Origin: Myxococcota bacterium
Lineage (GTDB): Bacteria > Myxococcota > UBA4151
NCBI GenBank assembly: GCA_040260805.1
Contig: JBDQPD010000001.1
Location: forward strand, 9,048-73,047
Direction of reading: 5' to 3'
DNA: 64,000 nucleotides
The translations under genes and the position numbers were made by a program. This document shows positions 56,031 to 64,000 of the stretch, one piece after another (positions within the stretch are counted from its first letter, which is position 1; the number at the start of each line of letters is the position of its first letter). The notes beneath the pieces are model-generated. The model saw nothing but the letters and a program-made list of their open reading frames with translations, did not search any database and was not told where the DNA came from.

Positions 56031-56790
56031 CTTCGGAGAGCTTCTCCAAGATCGCATTGCGCTCCTCTGCCGCCTCGGCGTGTCCATCGACAGCGCCGCG
56101 TACTTTATCAATGATTTCATAAGGTGCCTTTAAGGGCCCTGACACCTTATCGCCGGCCGCCTCCTGCACCTTTTTGAGGGGTTTGACTATACCTTCCGTC
56201 GCCACCTTGACCTTGGACCCGACCGCCGTATCACCATACTCTTCAGAGACAAACATCAGCAAAGCCATGACCCCGCACGCGAAGGCCAACACCTTAAGAA
56301 AGCCCTGAAGCACACGCAGCGCCATGATGATAAAAACCATACCGACCGCAAGGAGCATCCAAGCAGGAGATCCTTCTGGAGCTTTGAAGGGGCGAACTCT
56401 TTCCTTACCGCTGTTCGCCTTTTTTTTGCTGCGTTTCGCATCGGAATCGATAGCTCCTAGACCGTCTTCCTCAGCTTCTTCGTCGTATAAAAGCTCCTCG
56501 AGGAGGCGTTGACTCGACTTTTTCTTCGAATTCTTTTGGCCGCGGCCGCGCTGCTTTAAGCGCTCAAGATCGGTGCCACCTTGACCCTTTACACCGTTGT
56601 TTTGATCGAGGTCACCAAGGACTTGACCCTCGTCATCGAGAATCTGAACGTTGCGTCGAAACCGAGGAGGAACCAGCTCAGCGTCGCTAACAATGTGCTG
56701 ATTCCCTTGAGCGTCTGAGTACTGAAAAAGAGCCCCAACAAGCTGTAATTGCGCAGAAAAAGATAGACTCAGAAGTGCGGTTAGCCACAT
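56023..56790 (-). CDS. Membrane protein with DUF4124-like N-domain
   Basis: Signal peptide, LFQYSDAQGNQHIVSD..VP.RFR, two C-terminal TM segments. Confidence 0.65.
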   Translation of the reverse strand: MWLTALLSLSFSAQLQLVGALFQYSDAQGNQHIVSDAELVPPRFRRNVQILDDEGQVLGDLDQNNGVKGQGGTDLERLKQRGRGQKNSKKKSSQRLLEELLYDEEAEEDGLGAIDSDAKRSKKKANSGKERVRPFKAPEGSPAWMLLAVGMVFIIMALRVLQGFLKVLAFACGVMALLMFVSEEYGDTAVGSKVKVATEGIVKPLKKVQEAAGDKVSGPLKAPYEIIDKVRGAVDGHAEAAEERNAILEKLSEGD

Positions 56791-56978
56791 GGGTGCAAGC
56801 CCTCCAGGGGTCGTGACCATCTCGCATGCACTCAAAAAACATCAAGCAGCTTGCGACCCATGAGCGAGAACATTGAGCGCAGCAGCGCTCGCTTAGCCTG
56901 GAGTGTGTGTAGGCCACATCCCTTTGCCTATGCGGGATGTGGCCGCGGGGCCTTGGCTAAATTTTGCTCGAATTGCTC

Positions 56979-57007
56979 TTGCACGGCCGGCCGGGCTTGC
57001 CTACGGT
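56979..57007 (+). promoter_or_regulatory. Probable sigma-70 promoter for the HU gene
   Basis: TTGCAC-N17-TACGGT about 70 nt upstream of the start. Confidence 0.5.
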
Positions 57008-57074
57008 CCGGACCACTTCAATCCCGTGTCCCGCTGGGGGACACATAAACAGGCAAGCCCAAAAGGAGAAAATT

Positions 57075-57386
57075 GTGGCAACTGTGAATAAGAACACGCT
57101 CGCCGGTCGTTTGGCCGAGAAGACCAACCTTTCGCAAAAGGACGCTGGTCGCGTGCTCAACGCTCTGTTCGGCGGTAAGCTGGACGGCGATGACAACAAC
57201 GGCCTTATCGCCGACGCTCTGTCCAACAGCGAGCAGATTTCGCTTCCAGGCTTTGGTCGCTTCTTCAGCCAGCACCGCAAGGCGCGCACTGGCCTGAACC
57301 CGCAGACCAAGCAAGCGATCCAGATTCCTGCTCGCAACGTGCCTAAGTTCAGCGCTGGTAAGTCCCTTAAGGACGCCACGGCTTAA
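57075..57386 (+). CDS. hup: DNA-binding protein HU
   Basis: NK..L, LPGFGRF, ARTGLNPQT..IQIPARNVPKFSAGKSLK; SD AGGAG before GTG. Confidence 0.95.
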   Translation: MATVNKNTLAGRLAEKTNLSQKDAGRVLNALFGGKLDGDDNNGLIADALSNSEQISLPGFGRFFSQHRKARTGLNPQTKQAIQIPARNVPKFSAGKSLKDATA

Positions 57387-57427
57387 GCTAAGGTTCCTAT
57401 CGTTCTCTGTTTCGGCAGAGGAATGTG

Positions 57428-57462
57428 AGAAGAGCGCCCTTCGAGGCGCTCTTCTTTCTTTT
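57428..57462 (+). terminator. Intrinsic terminator after HU
   Basis: AGAAGAGCGCC-CTTCGA-GGCGCTCTTCT followed by TTCTTTT. Confidence 0.85.
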
Positions 57463-57503
57463 GGCCGCCTGGTGTAGCGCAAATCAGCAAAGGAGGATGG
57501 GCT

Positions 57504-58211
57504 GTGGTTTTTGGCTTGTTTGGGACCAAGGTAGAGCGTCTAAAAAAAGCGGTGCGTCAGCGCTACGGTCAGCATGAACCGCGTAAAGATGCGATGCTGC
57601 GCCTTTTGCAGATGGGAGATCTGGAGGCTTACCGAGCTGTGCTCAGTCGGTTCACGGTCAACTGTGACTCACCGCATTGGGATGAAAAAGAGAAGACTTG
57701 GCTCGCCAAGCGGCTCTCTGAGCGCACTGGCGATGGATTGCTCATGCAGGCGCTGCAGGAGCTCTTGATGTCTGGTGAGCGCTTGAATCAAGCTCTTGGC
57801 GTCGCCGAGCAATTGATGACGAGCGAAGATTATCACCACTGGGTTTCGAAAGCCTTTGAAAAGCGTTTGGGTGATCATCGAGCGGTAGACGCTTGCGTCG
57901 AATTGATCAGCGCTTTGGGTCGATTAGGAGGCGATGAAGCCCTTCAGGCAGGTTTGGCTGCTATTTCGGACCGAACTGACGAAGTCATTTTGGCCGGGTT
58001 GGCGGTCTTAGAACACTGTCAGGGTGAACCCCTCGCTGAGGCGCTGTACAACCTAGCCCACGATGACCTTCAAATGCCTCGTGTAATCAGGCGCGCAGGG
58101 CATGTGATCACGGTTTTGGAATTGCCTGACCCCCAAGCTCGGGGAGAGCTTCCGGACGCCCTCGCAGAAGATTTTATGGTCCAGGGTGGCCGGTTGGTCG
58201 TAAGAACGTGA
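57504..58211 (+). CDS. HEAT-like helical repeat protein
   Basis: All-helical Ala/Leu pattern (ALGRLGGDEA..D.TDEV); SD GGAGG. Confidence 0.65.
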   Translation: MVFGLFGTKVERLKKAVRQRYGQHEPRKDAMLRLLQMGDLEAYRAVLSRFTVNCDSPHWDEKEKTWLAKRLSERTGDGLLMQALQELLMSGERLNQALGVAEQLMTSEDYHHWVSKAFEKRLGDHRAVDACVELISALGRLGGDEALQAGLAAISDRTDEVILAGLAVLEHCQGEPLAEALYNLAHDDLQMPRVIRRAGHVITVLELPDPQARGELPDALAEDFMVQGGRLVVRT

Positions 58212-58302
58212 CTTAAATCGGACGATCGACCATTGACCCGAACAGACCCAATCGGGATAACTGGCCGTCTATTAATTAAGAGCCCTACGACGAGGATTGT
58301 CG

Positions 58303-59580
58303 ATGAGCCGACTGATGAAGTATTTTTCGATCTCTTTTCTTGTGCTCGCCGCAGCGAGTTGCACGAGTGAACCCATTACCAAGAGCTGGGTCTTTGTGTC
58401 CAAAGCGCCGTCGGTTTCGACGCCGCTTGTGACCGATGATCGCATCTTCTTTGGTTCGGATGTCGGTCTCGACGCGATCAACCGTTTAGGCGGTTTTGTT
58501 TGGCGCTTAGATCGCCAGGGCATGAACGTGGTGGGTGGACCGACCGCTTACGAAGACATCGTGCTCTTTGGCTCAACCAACTCCCAGTTCTATGCGGCGT
58601 CTTATGATGGTCGGATGGTATGGGAGTTCACCGCCGGCGCACGGATCAAGTCGGACGCCTTGACCGATGGCGACGCGGTGATCTTCTCGAGTTATGATGG
58701 TCATGTGTACAAAATGGCGGTCGAGGATAAGAAGGTCCAATGGATCTTCCCCGACACCAACGCCGAAGAGCTTCCGGGTCCTCCGACCCATCCGAAGGTC
58801 AAGGCGTACACTGACGCGATGGCCGCCTACGAGCAAAAGGCTGCTGACTGCGCAGCGAAAGACGAAGCCGCCAAAGCAGAGGGCAAAGAACCCGAAGCTT
58901 GCGAAGTCGGTGACCAGCCTGCGGTTCCTGCCTCTGAGCAAGGCGCTGCTTGGGAATGGCCCCCGGCTGATTTCGCCTATTCGTCGCCGATGCGTGTTGG
59001 TGATTTGATCATTCTGGGCAACATGGACTGGAACGTCTATGCGATCAGCGCGGCGACCGGTCAGCTTGTGTGGCGCACGCGCCTCAACGGCTCCGTGACG
59101 TCTTCGGCGGTCGCCGGTGACGGCGTGGTCTACATCGGAAGCAACGGCCGCCTTGGCGGCAAAAGCCCTGAAGACGGTCGTTTGTACGCCCTGGATTCGA
59201 AAACGGGTAAGATCGTCAACAGCTTCCAAGCGAAGAACGAGGTCAACTCATCGGTTCGAATCGTTGGTGATGCGATCTACTTCGGCGATGTGGCGGGCAA
59301 TATGTACAGCCTCGATGCCAAGACGCTCAAAGAGAAGTGGTCGTTTAAGACCAATGGTCCGATTCGTGGGCGCCCGGCTGTGTACAAAGGCTTGGTGTTC
59401 ATTGGTTCGGGTGTAGGCGACAACCAGATGTACGCGCTTCACAAAGACACCGGTAAAGTGTTCTGGAAGTACAAGACAGGCGGAAAGATTGAGTCCGACC
59501 CCGTGATTAGCGGTGATGAGCTCTTCTTCACCAGCCACGACCGTAGGCTCTACGCGTTTAAAATCCGCAAATCACCCTGA
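58303..59580 (+). CDS. PQQ-like beta-propeller lipoprotein (BamB-like)
   Basis: Lipobox AASC; repeated YALD..TGK..W.F/Y units; SD GAGGA. Confidence 0.85.
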   Translation: MSRLMKYFSISFLVLAAASCTSEPITKSWVFVSKAPSVSTPLVTDDRIFFGSDVGLDAINRLGGFVWRLDRQGMNVVGGPTAYEDIVLFGSTNSQFYAASYDGRMVWEFTAGARIKSDALTDGDAVIFSSYDGHVYKMAVEDKKVQWIFPDTNAEELPGPPTHPKVKAYTDAMAAYEQKAADCAAKDEAAKAEGKEPEACEVGDQPAVPASEQGAAWEWPPADFAYSSPMRVGDLIILGNMDWNVYAISAATGQLVWRTRLNGSVTSSAVAGDGVVYIGSNGRLGGKSPEDGRLYALDSKTGKIVNSFQAKNEVNSSVRIVGDAIYFGDVAGNMYSLDAKTLKEKWSFKTNGPIRGRPAVYKGLVFIGSGVGDNQMYALHKDTGKVFWKYKTGGKIESDPVISGDELFFTSHDRRLYAFKIRKSP

Positions 59581-59638
59581 TTCAAAAGTCTCGCCGGCAT
59601 TGAATCGTGATTATCAGTAGTTAAGCGAAGAGACGCCC

Positions 59639-60397
59639 GTGGATATCGCAACTATCCTTGGCGCTGTGGTCGCATTCGGCTTGGTCGGAGGCTCCATCGC
59701 TATGGGTGGTGGTCTCGCATTCGTTGACTCCGCCTCGGCGATGATCGTGATCGGTGGAACCACCGGTGCGATCATGCTGGCGACCTCGATGGAGAAATTC
59801 CAAGCCCTTGGAACCGTCTTTAGCAAAGCGCTTAAGGTTGAGCCTGTCCCCATGGTGGAGACGGCAACCAGCATGGTTGAGTTTGCTCAGATTGCGCGCC
59901 GTGAAGGTATGCTCAGCCTAGAGCAGGCGCTGACGACAGCGGACCCTTTTATGGCTAATGGGATCCAGCTCGCGATCGATGGTATCTCACCCGACGTCGT
60001 CGAGGACATCATGTACATCGACCTTGACCGCATGAAGACACGTCACAAAGCGGGCAACGAGCTCATGGGTCTAGGCGCAACCTTCGCTCCGGCTATGGGG
60101 CTTATCGGTACGCTGATCGGTCTGGTTCAGATGCTCCAAAACATGTCTGATCCTAACACGATTGGACCGGCGATGGCGGTGGCGCTCTTGACGACATTTT
60201 ATGGAGCGCTGCTCGCTAACCTCGTTTTCGTACCCATCTCGAGTAAGCTTAAGATGCGCTCAACCGCCGAGATTGAGTTTCGTGAGTTGATGATGGAAGG
60301 CGTGATGTCGATCGCCAAGGGCGAGAGTCCACGCATGGTAGAGAAGAAGCTTAACGCCATGCTGCCCCCTGCTGATCGTCTGTCACTCTTTGATTAA
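59639..60397 (+). CDS. motA: Flagellar stator A subunit (MotA/PomA)
   Basis: MDIATILG, ARREGMLSLE, PAMGLIGTLIGL, AVALLTTFYG. Confidence 0.95.
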   Translation: MDIATILGAVVAFGLVGGSIAMGGGLAFVDSASAMIVIGGTTGAIMLATSMEKFQALGTVFSKALKVEPVPMVETATSMVEFAQIARREGMLSLEQALTTADPFMANGIQLAIDGISPDVVEDIMYIDLDRMKTRHKAGNELMGLGATFAPAMGLIGTLIGLVQMLQNMSDPNTIGPAMAVALLTTFYGALLANLVFVPISSKLKMRSTAEIEFRELMMEGVMSIAKGESPRMVEKKLNAMLPPADRLSLFD

Positions 60398-61092
60398 TGG
60401 GTAGGAAGAGACCGCCCGAGCCAGAAGAACATGAAGTAGACGGCTTCGTGGTCATGATGACATCGCTCTCGATGATCATGCTGGCGTTCTTTATCGTGCT
60501 CAACACTATGGCGACGATCACTCAGATTAAAGTGATGAAGGCGCTCGACTCTTTGTATGGATCGTTTGGCCCACTCAGCGGTGGTAAATCGGTCGAACCC
60601 GGTCCTTTGTCCGAGAAAGAAAAAGAGACCGAGGATAAAAAACCGAACAAAGAAAAAGTCTACAAATCGATGCTGCAGAGAGCCAACCTTGATCCCTCGA
60701 TCGAGCTGCTCGAACGCGACGATAGTTTTACCTTGGCGCTGCAAGACGATGTGTTGTTCGAGACCGGCTTAGATCAGATCAGCCCGCGTATGTTTCGATC
60801 GTTGAATTCGGTCGCTCAGGTGATCAAAGAGGTGGGGCTACCCGTGCGTATCGTTGGGTACTCCGATGCGACGGCTTCCTCCGGTGAAGAGACCAACCTA
60901 ATGTTGAGCCTCAAGCGCGCGGTCTTGGTCATGAATTATCTGATGTATGCCGGCCGTGTCCCGCGCGATCTGCTCGTGGTTGAGGGGCGCGGTGAGGAGT
61001 TGTCTCCCCACTTTTTGTCCAAGACCGGCGAAGAGATTTCGGTCAGCGACAATCGTCGACGTCGGGTCGAGATCGTCTGGGGGCTCGATTAG
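60397..61092 (+). CDS. motB: MotB-like subunit lacking the TM Asp, with OmpA-like domain
   Basis: TM FVVMMTSLSMIMLAFFIVL; GYSD, NLMLSLKRA, RRVEI; TAATG-coupled to motA. Confidence 0.8.
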   Translation: MGRKRPPEPEEHEVDGFVVMMTSLSMIMLAFFIVLNTMATITQIKVMKALDSLYGSFGPLSGGKSVEPGPLSEKEKETEDKKPNKEKVYKSMLQRANLDPSIELLERDDSFTLALQDDVLFETGLDQISPRMFRSLNSVAQVIKEVGLPVRIVGYSDATASSGEETNLMLSLKRAVLVMNYLMYAGRVPRDLLVVEGRGEELSPHFLSKTGEEISVSDNRRRRVEIVWGLD

Positions 61093-61130
61093 CGGCCGCA
61101 AATCAGCTTTGATGCAAGCCTGGGAAAAGT

Positions 61131-61859
61131 ATGTCCGATAAGAAGCGACAACCAAAGGATGATGGACCAGGCATTGACCCCAATGGCTGGATGATCACTT
61201 TTTCCGATCTTTTAACCTTGATGCTCACGTTTTTCGTGTTGCTCTTCTCGATGAGCAGCTTGGACGCAAAGTCACTCAAGGAATTAACGCAGACTGACGC
61301 CTTAGCGGGCGGTGATGGGGTGTTAGAGGTCGGTGAGCCCGAAAAGGCTGTCGCGATGCAGGATAAGGACAAACCGTCTGTTATCCCCAAGAAGCTGACC
61401 TCGGTCTCTGAAGAAGTGGCTCAATACTTGCGCATGGTGGGGCGTGGTGTCTCGGACGAACGAAGGCGTTTGCTTGAGCAGCGTATTATGGAGCGAGGTA
61501 AGCAAGAGAAGGTTCAAATCAATTTCCTACCGACTGGAATTGAGATCTCTTTTGAGGAAGATGATGAGATGATGTCTAAAGGTAAGATTAGCCGAGGAGC
61601 ACAGGATCAACTCCGGATCGTTGGTGACGCTGCCGTCGACTCAGGCGCTCGCGTACGGGTTGAAACCGCTGCGAAGGGTGATGATCTCAACTCCTGGCTT
61701 GCTGCGACTCAGCGAGCATCGAACATCAGTGAGTTTATTCGCCGACATAGTGGTATAACCAAGAAACGGAATCGTTTGGGGGTCGCGCCTCGGTCTGCAG
61801 CGAACCCAACCGGTCGTGTGCGGATGGTGCTCGAAATGCCCGATCCAAAGGAGAAGTGA
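61131..61859 (+). CDS. motB: MotB/PomB-like subunit with TM Asp and degenerate PG-binding domain
   Basis: WMITFSDLLTLMLTFFVLLFSMS; C-domain lacks GHTD and NRRVE. Confidence 0.85.
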   Translation: MSDKKRQPKDDGPGIDPNGWMITFSDLLTLMLTFFVLLFSMSSLDAKSLKELTQTDALAGGDGVLEVGEPEKAVAMQDKDKPSVIPKKLTSVSEEVAQYLRMVGRGVSDERRRLLEQRIMERGKQEKVQINFLPTGIEISFEEDDEMMSKGKISRGAQDQLRIVGDAAVDSGARVRVETAAKGDDLNSWLAATQRASNISEFIRRHSGITKKRNRLGVAPRSAANPTGRVRMVLEMPDPKEK

Positions 61860-62371
61860 TGAGCGAAGAAGAATTAGAAGAGTCAAGCGGCGGCGGCGGC
61901 GGCGGCGGTAATAAGCTCATCATTATCATGATGGCTGTCAATATTCTGGCAGTCCTTGGTGTCCTTGTGTACCTGATGACCTCTCGAAGCGCTGCGCCTC
62001 CAGCGGCCGTGGTCGGAGGTGAAGCTTCGGCAAAGCGGGTGGAAGAGGATCAAGGCGCAGGTCCGCCTTGGAAGATGGAACCGTTGATCGTGAACCTTCG
62101 CGTGCCTGAAGGGACTCGCTACCTCAAAGTCGCGCTTGAGTTTGAGCTAACGAGCAAAAATCACGAGGAACTAGCTGAGAGCCGTAAGGGTCGGATCAAA
62201 GATCAGGTGATTGAGTTTTTGAGTGATCTTACGGTCGATGACGTGGTCGGAAGCGACAACAAACAATACATCAAAGAGCGTCTTTTGACGCGTCTCAACC
62301 ATAGCTTAGAGGGTGAGGCCGGCGGACCTGTGTTTCGACGTGTCTTCTTCCCCGAGTTCCTGGTGCAGTAG
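61859..62371 (+). CDS. fliL: Flagellar basal-body protein
   Basis: Single TM; IVNL..RYLK, IKDQVI, VFFPEFLVQ. Confidence 0.92.
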   Translation: MSEEELEESSGGGGGGGNKLIIIMMAVNILAVLGVLVYLMTSRSAAPPAAVVGGEASAKRVEEDQGAGPPWKMEPLIVNLRVPEGTRYLKVALEFELTSKNHEELAESRKGRIKDQVIEFLSDLTVDDVVGSDNKQYIKERLLTRLNHSLEGEAGGPVFRRVFFPEFLVQ

Positions 62372-62382
62372 GAAACCAACTC

Positions 62383-63423
62383 GTGGCCGAGCAAATCCTC
62401 AGTCAAGACGAGGTTGAAGCCCTCCTCTCTGCGATCAAGAACGATGACGTTCAGACCAGCGGCAAAGCCGCTGTCGAGGGCAGCGAGGACGCCGAGCGTC
62501 GAAAACGTGACGCTGAACCTATTGATCTAACGAGCGCTGACCGAACGTCAACGGTGCGGATGCCGAGCCTCGAGATCTTTAATGAGCGGACGGGGATGGC
62601 ATTTGGCCAAGTGCTCGAGAGCACTATCCGGCGAGCTGTCCGTGTTCATCATGACGGCACGGGTCCGATGAAGATGTCCGAGTTTCTCAACTATCTGCCG
62701 GTGCCCTCGTGCCTTAATTTGGTACGTATAGAGCCCTTATGGGGCGTCTCGTTGTTGGCTGTAGAAGCTCGACTGCTTTACGCCATGCTCGAGGGCTTCT
62801 TCGGTGGTCACGGCGCGGGTCAGTTGCGCACCGAAGCCCACACCTTCACCTCGATCGAGCTCACGTTTGTCAAGCGTGTCGTTGAGATCTTCGGTGAGAA
62901 CCTGACCAAGACCTGGTCGAGTTTCTTGCCCTTTGAGATGAGCTACATCCGAACTGAGTCGAACCCTCAATACGCCTCCATTGTCCAAGCGAACGACTTG
63001 GTGATGGTGACCACCTACAACATCGAACTTCCTTCCGTGCGCGGAAAGGTCCACCTGGCCATCCCCTTTTCGGCGTTAGAACCTTATAAAAAGGAACTTG
63101 GCGCCGAACTTCAAGTCCAAGCTGACGAGCGACAGAACGATTGGGCCCAAGCTTTGCAAGAGCAGTTGGGTGAGTTTGTCATTGAGCTTTCGGTGGAGTT
63201 GGGACGCGCTCAGATGACGGTTAGAGAGTTGCTTGGCATGGAGCCCGGTGCAGTGATGATGCTGGACCGACCTGCAGAAGAGCCGCTCGTTCTCTCCGTC
63301 GAAGGGCGCCCTAAATACAGGGGTCGTCCTGTCCTTCACCGCAAGCATGTCGGGTTCATGGTGGGTTCCACCGTGGGCGAGGAGGAAGAAGACGATGTCG
63401 GAGAACAGCCAGGAGGGGATTGA
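62383..63423 (+). CDS. fliM: Flagellar motor switch protein
   Basis: ILSQDEVEALL CheY-binding motif, FT.IE, E.NPQ, C-terminal SpoA domain. Confidence 0.95.
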   Translation: MAEQILSQDEVEALLSAIKNDDVQTSGKAAVEGSEDAERRKRDAEPIDLTSADRTSTVRMPSLEIFNERTGMAFGQVLESTIRRAVRVHHDGTGPMKMSEFLNYLPVPSCLNLVRIEPLWGVSLLAVEARLLYAMLEGFFGGHGAGQLRTEAHTFTSIELTFVKRVVEIFGENLTKTWSSFLPFEMSYIRTESNPQYASIVQANDLVMVTTYNIELPSVRGKVHLAIPFSALEPYKKELGAELQVQADERQNDWAQALQEQLGEFVIELSVELGRAQMTVRELLGMEPGAVMMLDRPAEEPLVLSVEGRPKYRGRPVLHRKHVGFMVGSTVGEEEEDDVGEQPGGD

Positions 63424-63676
63424 CCTCATCCTAGATATTCCGCTCGAGATTAGCGTGCGTTTAGGCCGGGCAAAAATGCCCATCCAAGAATTGATGGGGT
63501 TATCACCTGGGTCAGTGATTGATCTGGATAAGCTGAGCGGCGAACCGCTCGACATTTTGTTGAACGGAAAGCTGGTGGCTCGCGGCGAGGCGGTCGTAGT
63601 CAACGATCGCTACGGCGTGCGATTAGTCGAGATTATCTCAGCGACCGACCGAATTGCCGGTCTGGGAACTCAGTAA
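63395..63676 (+). CDS. fliN: Flagellar motor switch protein
   Basis: ILDIPLEISVRLG, GSVIDLDK, ARGEAVVVNDRYGVR. Confidence 0.95.
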   Translation: MSENSQEGIDLILDIPLEISVRLGRAKMPIQELMGLSPGSVIDLDKLSGEPLDILLNGKLVARGEAVVVNDRYGVRLVEIISATDRIAGLGTQ

Positions 63677-63678
63677 CC

Positions 63679-63972
63679 ATGTTGGCGCTTTTTGTTGCTG
63701 CTTCGCTAGCCCAACCTCAACCGGGTCAGCGCGTCACGCGGCTCGATCTGGTGCGTAGCCCCCGCGGCTCGAATCTGGTGATTGAGTTCGCTAAGCCTAT
63801 TCGCCGAGACAGCGTACCCATCGTTCCTGCGGGAAGGCGCCTTGTTCTTCATCTGCCCGGTCCGGTCAAAGCTGGCGTCGCAGGGCAGCGTGAGGGCATG
63901 GGTGCGATTAACTCGGTTCGCCCACGACGTGATCGAATCGTTTTGACGCTCATGCCGCAGGCGGCGAATTAA
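63679..63972 (+). CDS. Short secreted protein at the fliO position, possibly a truncated FliO N-domain
   Basis: Signal peptide and beta-rich (AMIN-like) sequence 2 nt after fliN; ends 28 nt from the window edge. Confidence 0.4.
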   Translation: MLALFVAASLAQPQPGQRVTRLDLVRSPRGSNLVIEFAKPIRRDSVPIVPAGRRLVLHLPGPVKAGVAGQREGMGAINSVRPRRDRIVLTLMPQAAN

Positions 63973-64000
63973 CACCCACCACCAGTTATTAAAGTAACCC

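Noticed and set aside
56953..56968. Sigma-54 promoter TTGGCTAAATTTTGCT (and a similar site near 37188)
   Set aside because: GG-to-GC spacing is 9 nt, not the required 10.
56900..57060. tRNA or c-di-GMP riboswitch in the HU upstream region
   Set aside because: No TTCGA T-loop or cloverleaf, and no GEMM GNRA-tetraloop/receptor arrangement.
61887..61908. (GGC)n tract as a phase-variation switch
   Set aside because: It is an in-frame triplet repeat encoding a poly-Gly linker in FliL; slippage would not shift the frame.

Overview
A gene-dense, GC-rich bacterial window, almost entirely core chromosome; I see no rRNA, tRNA, CRISPR array, transposase, integrase or phage gene. Cys-rich 'DAG'-linker lipoproteins, an FHA-GGDEF cyclase, a DUF4398/TSP3/OmpA pair and three tandem parvulins suggest a Myxococcota-like or deltaproteobacterial host (inference). 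Both ends carry flagellar genes: fliK-flgD-operon protein-flgE at the left, and motA-motB-motB'-fliL-fliM-fliN-(fliO?) at the right. Between them lie a tetraheme cytochrome-mltD-moeA-mobA-PPIase x3-pdxA operon; plsY-DGC-dnaE; an orphan DNA methyltransferase; mltF/lpoA-like; nadE-pduO; a lipoprotein/MMPL/OmpA block; gph-argC; a kamA-like gene; kdsB-pyrG-kdsA-kdsC-lptAB-rpoN-hpf plus regulatory PTS genes; rsfS and HU. The strongest leads are: (1) two tandem MotB paralogs with complementary defects, one lacking the ion-binding Asp and the other lacking the peptidoglycan-binding motifs, suggesting a heterodimeric stator; (2) a candidate ~80-nt sRNA with its own promoter and terminator at 25362-25445 (-); (3) a CGC-motif nucleotidase-like/tetraheme lipoprotein fusion; (4) a NusG-KOW fusion next to the orphan methyltransferase; (5) an FHA-GGDEF gene butted against dnaE. 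All calls come from motif recognition by eye; no searches were run. Several starts were moved downstream of the ORF track using SD sites or signal peptides.
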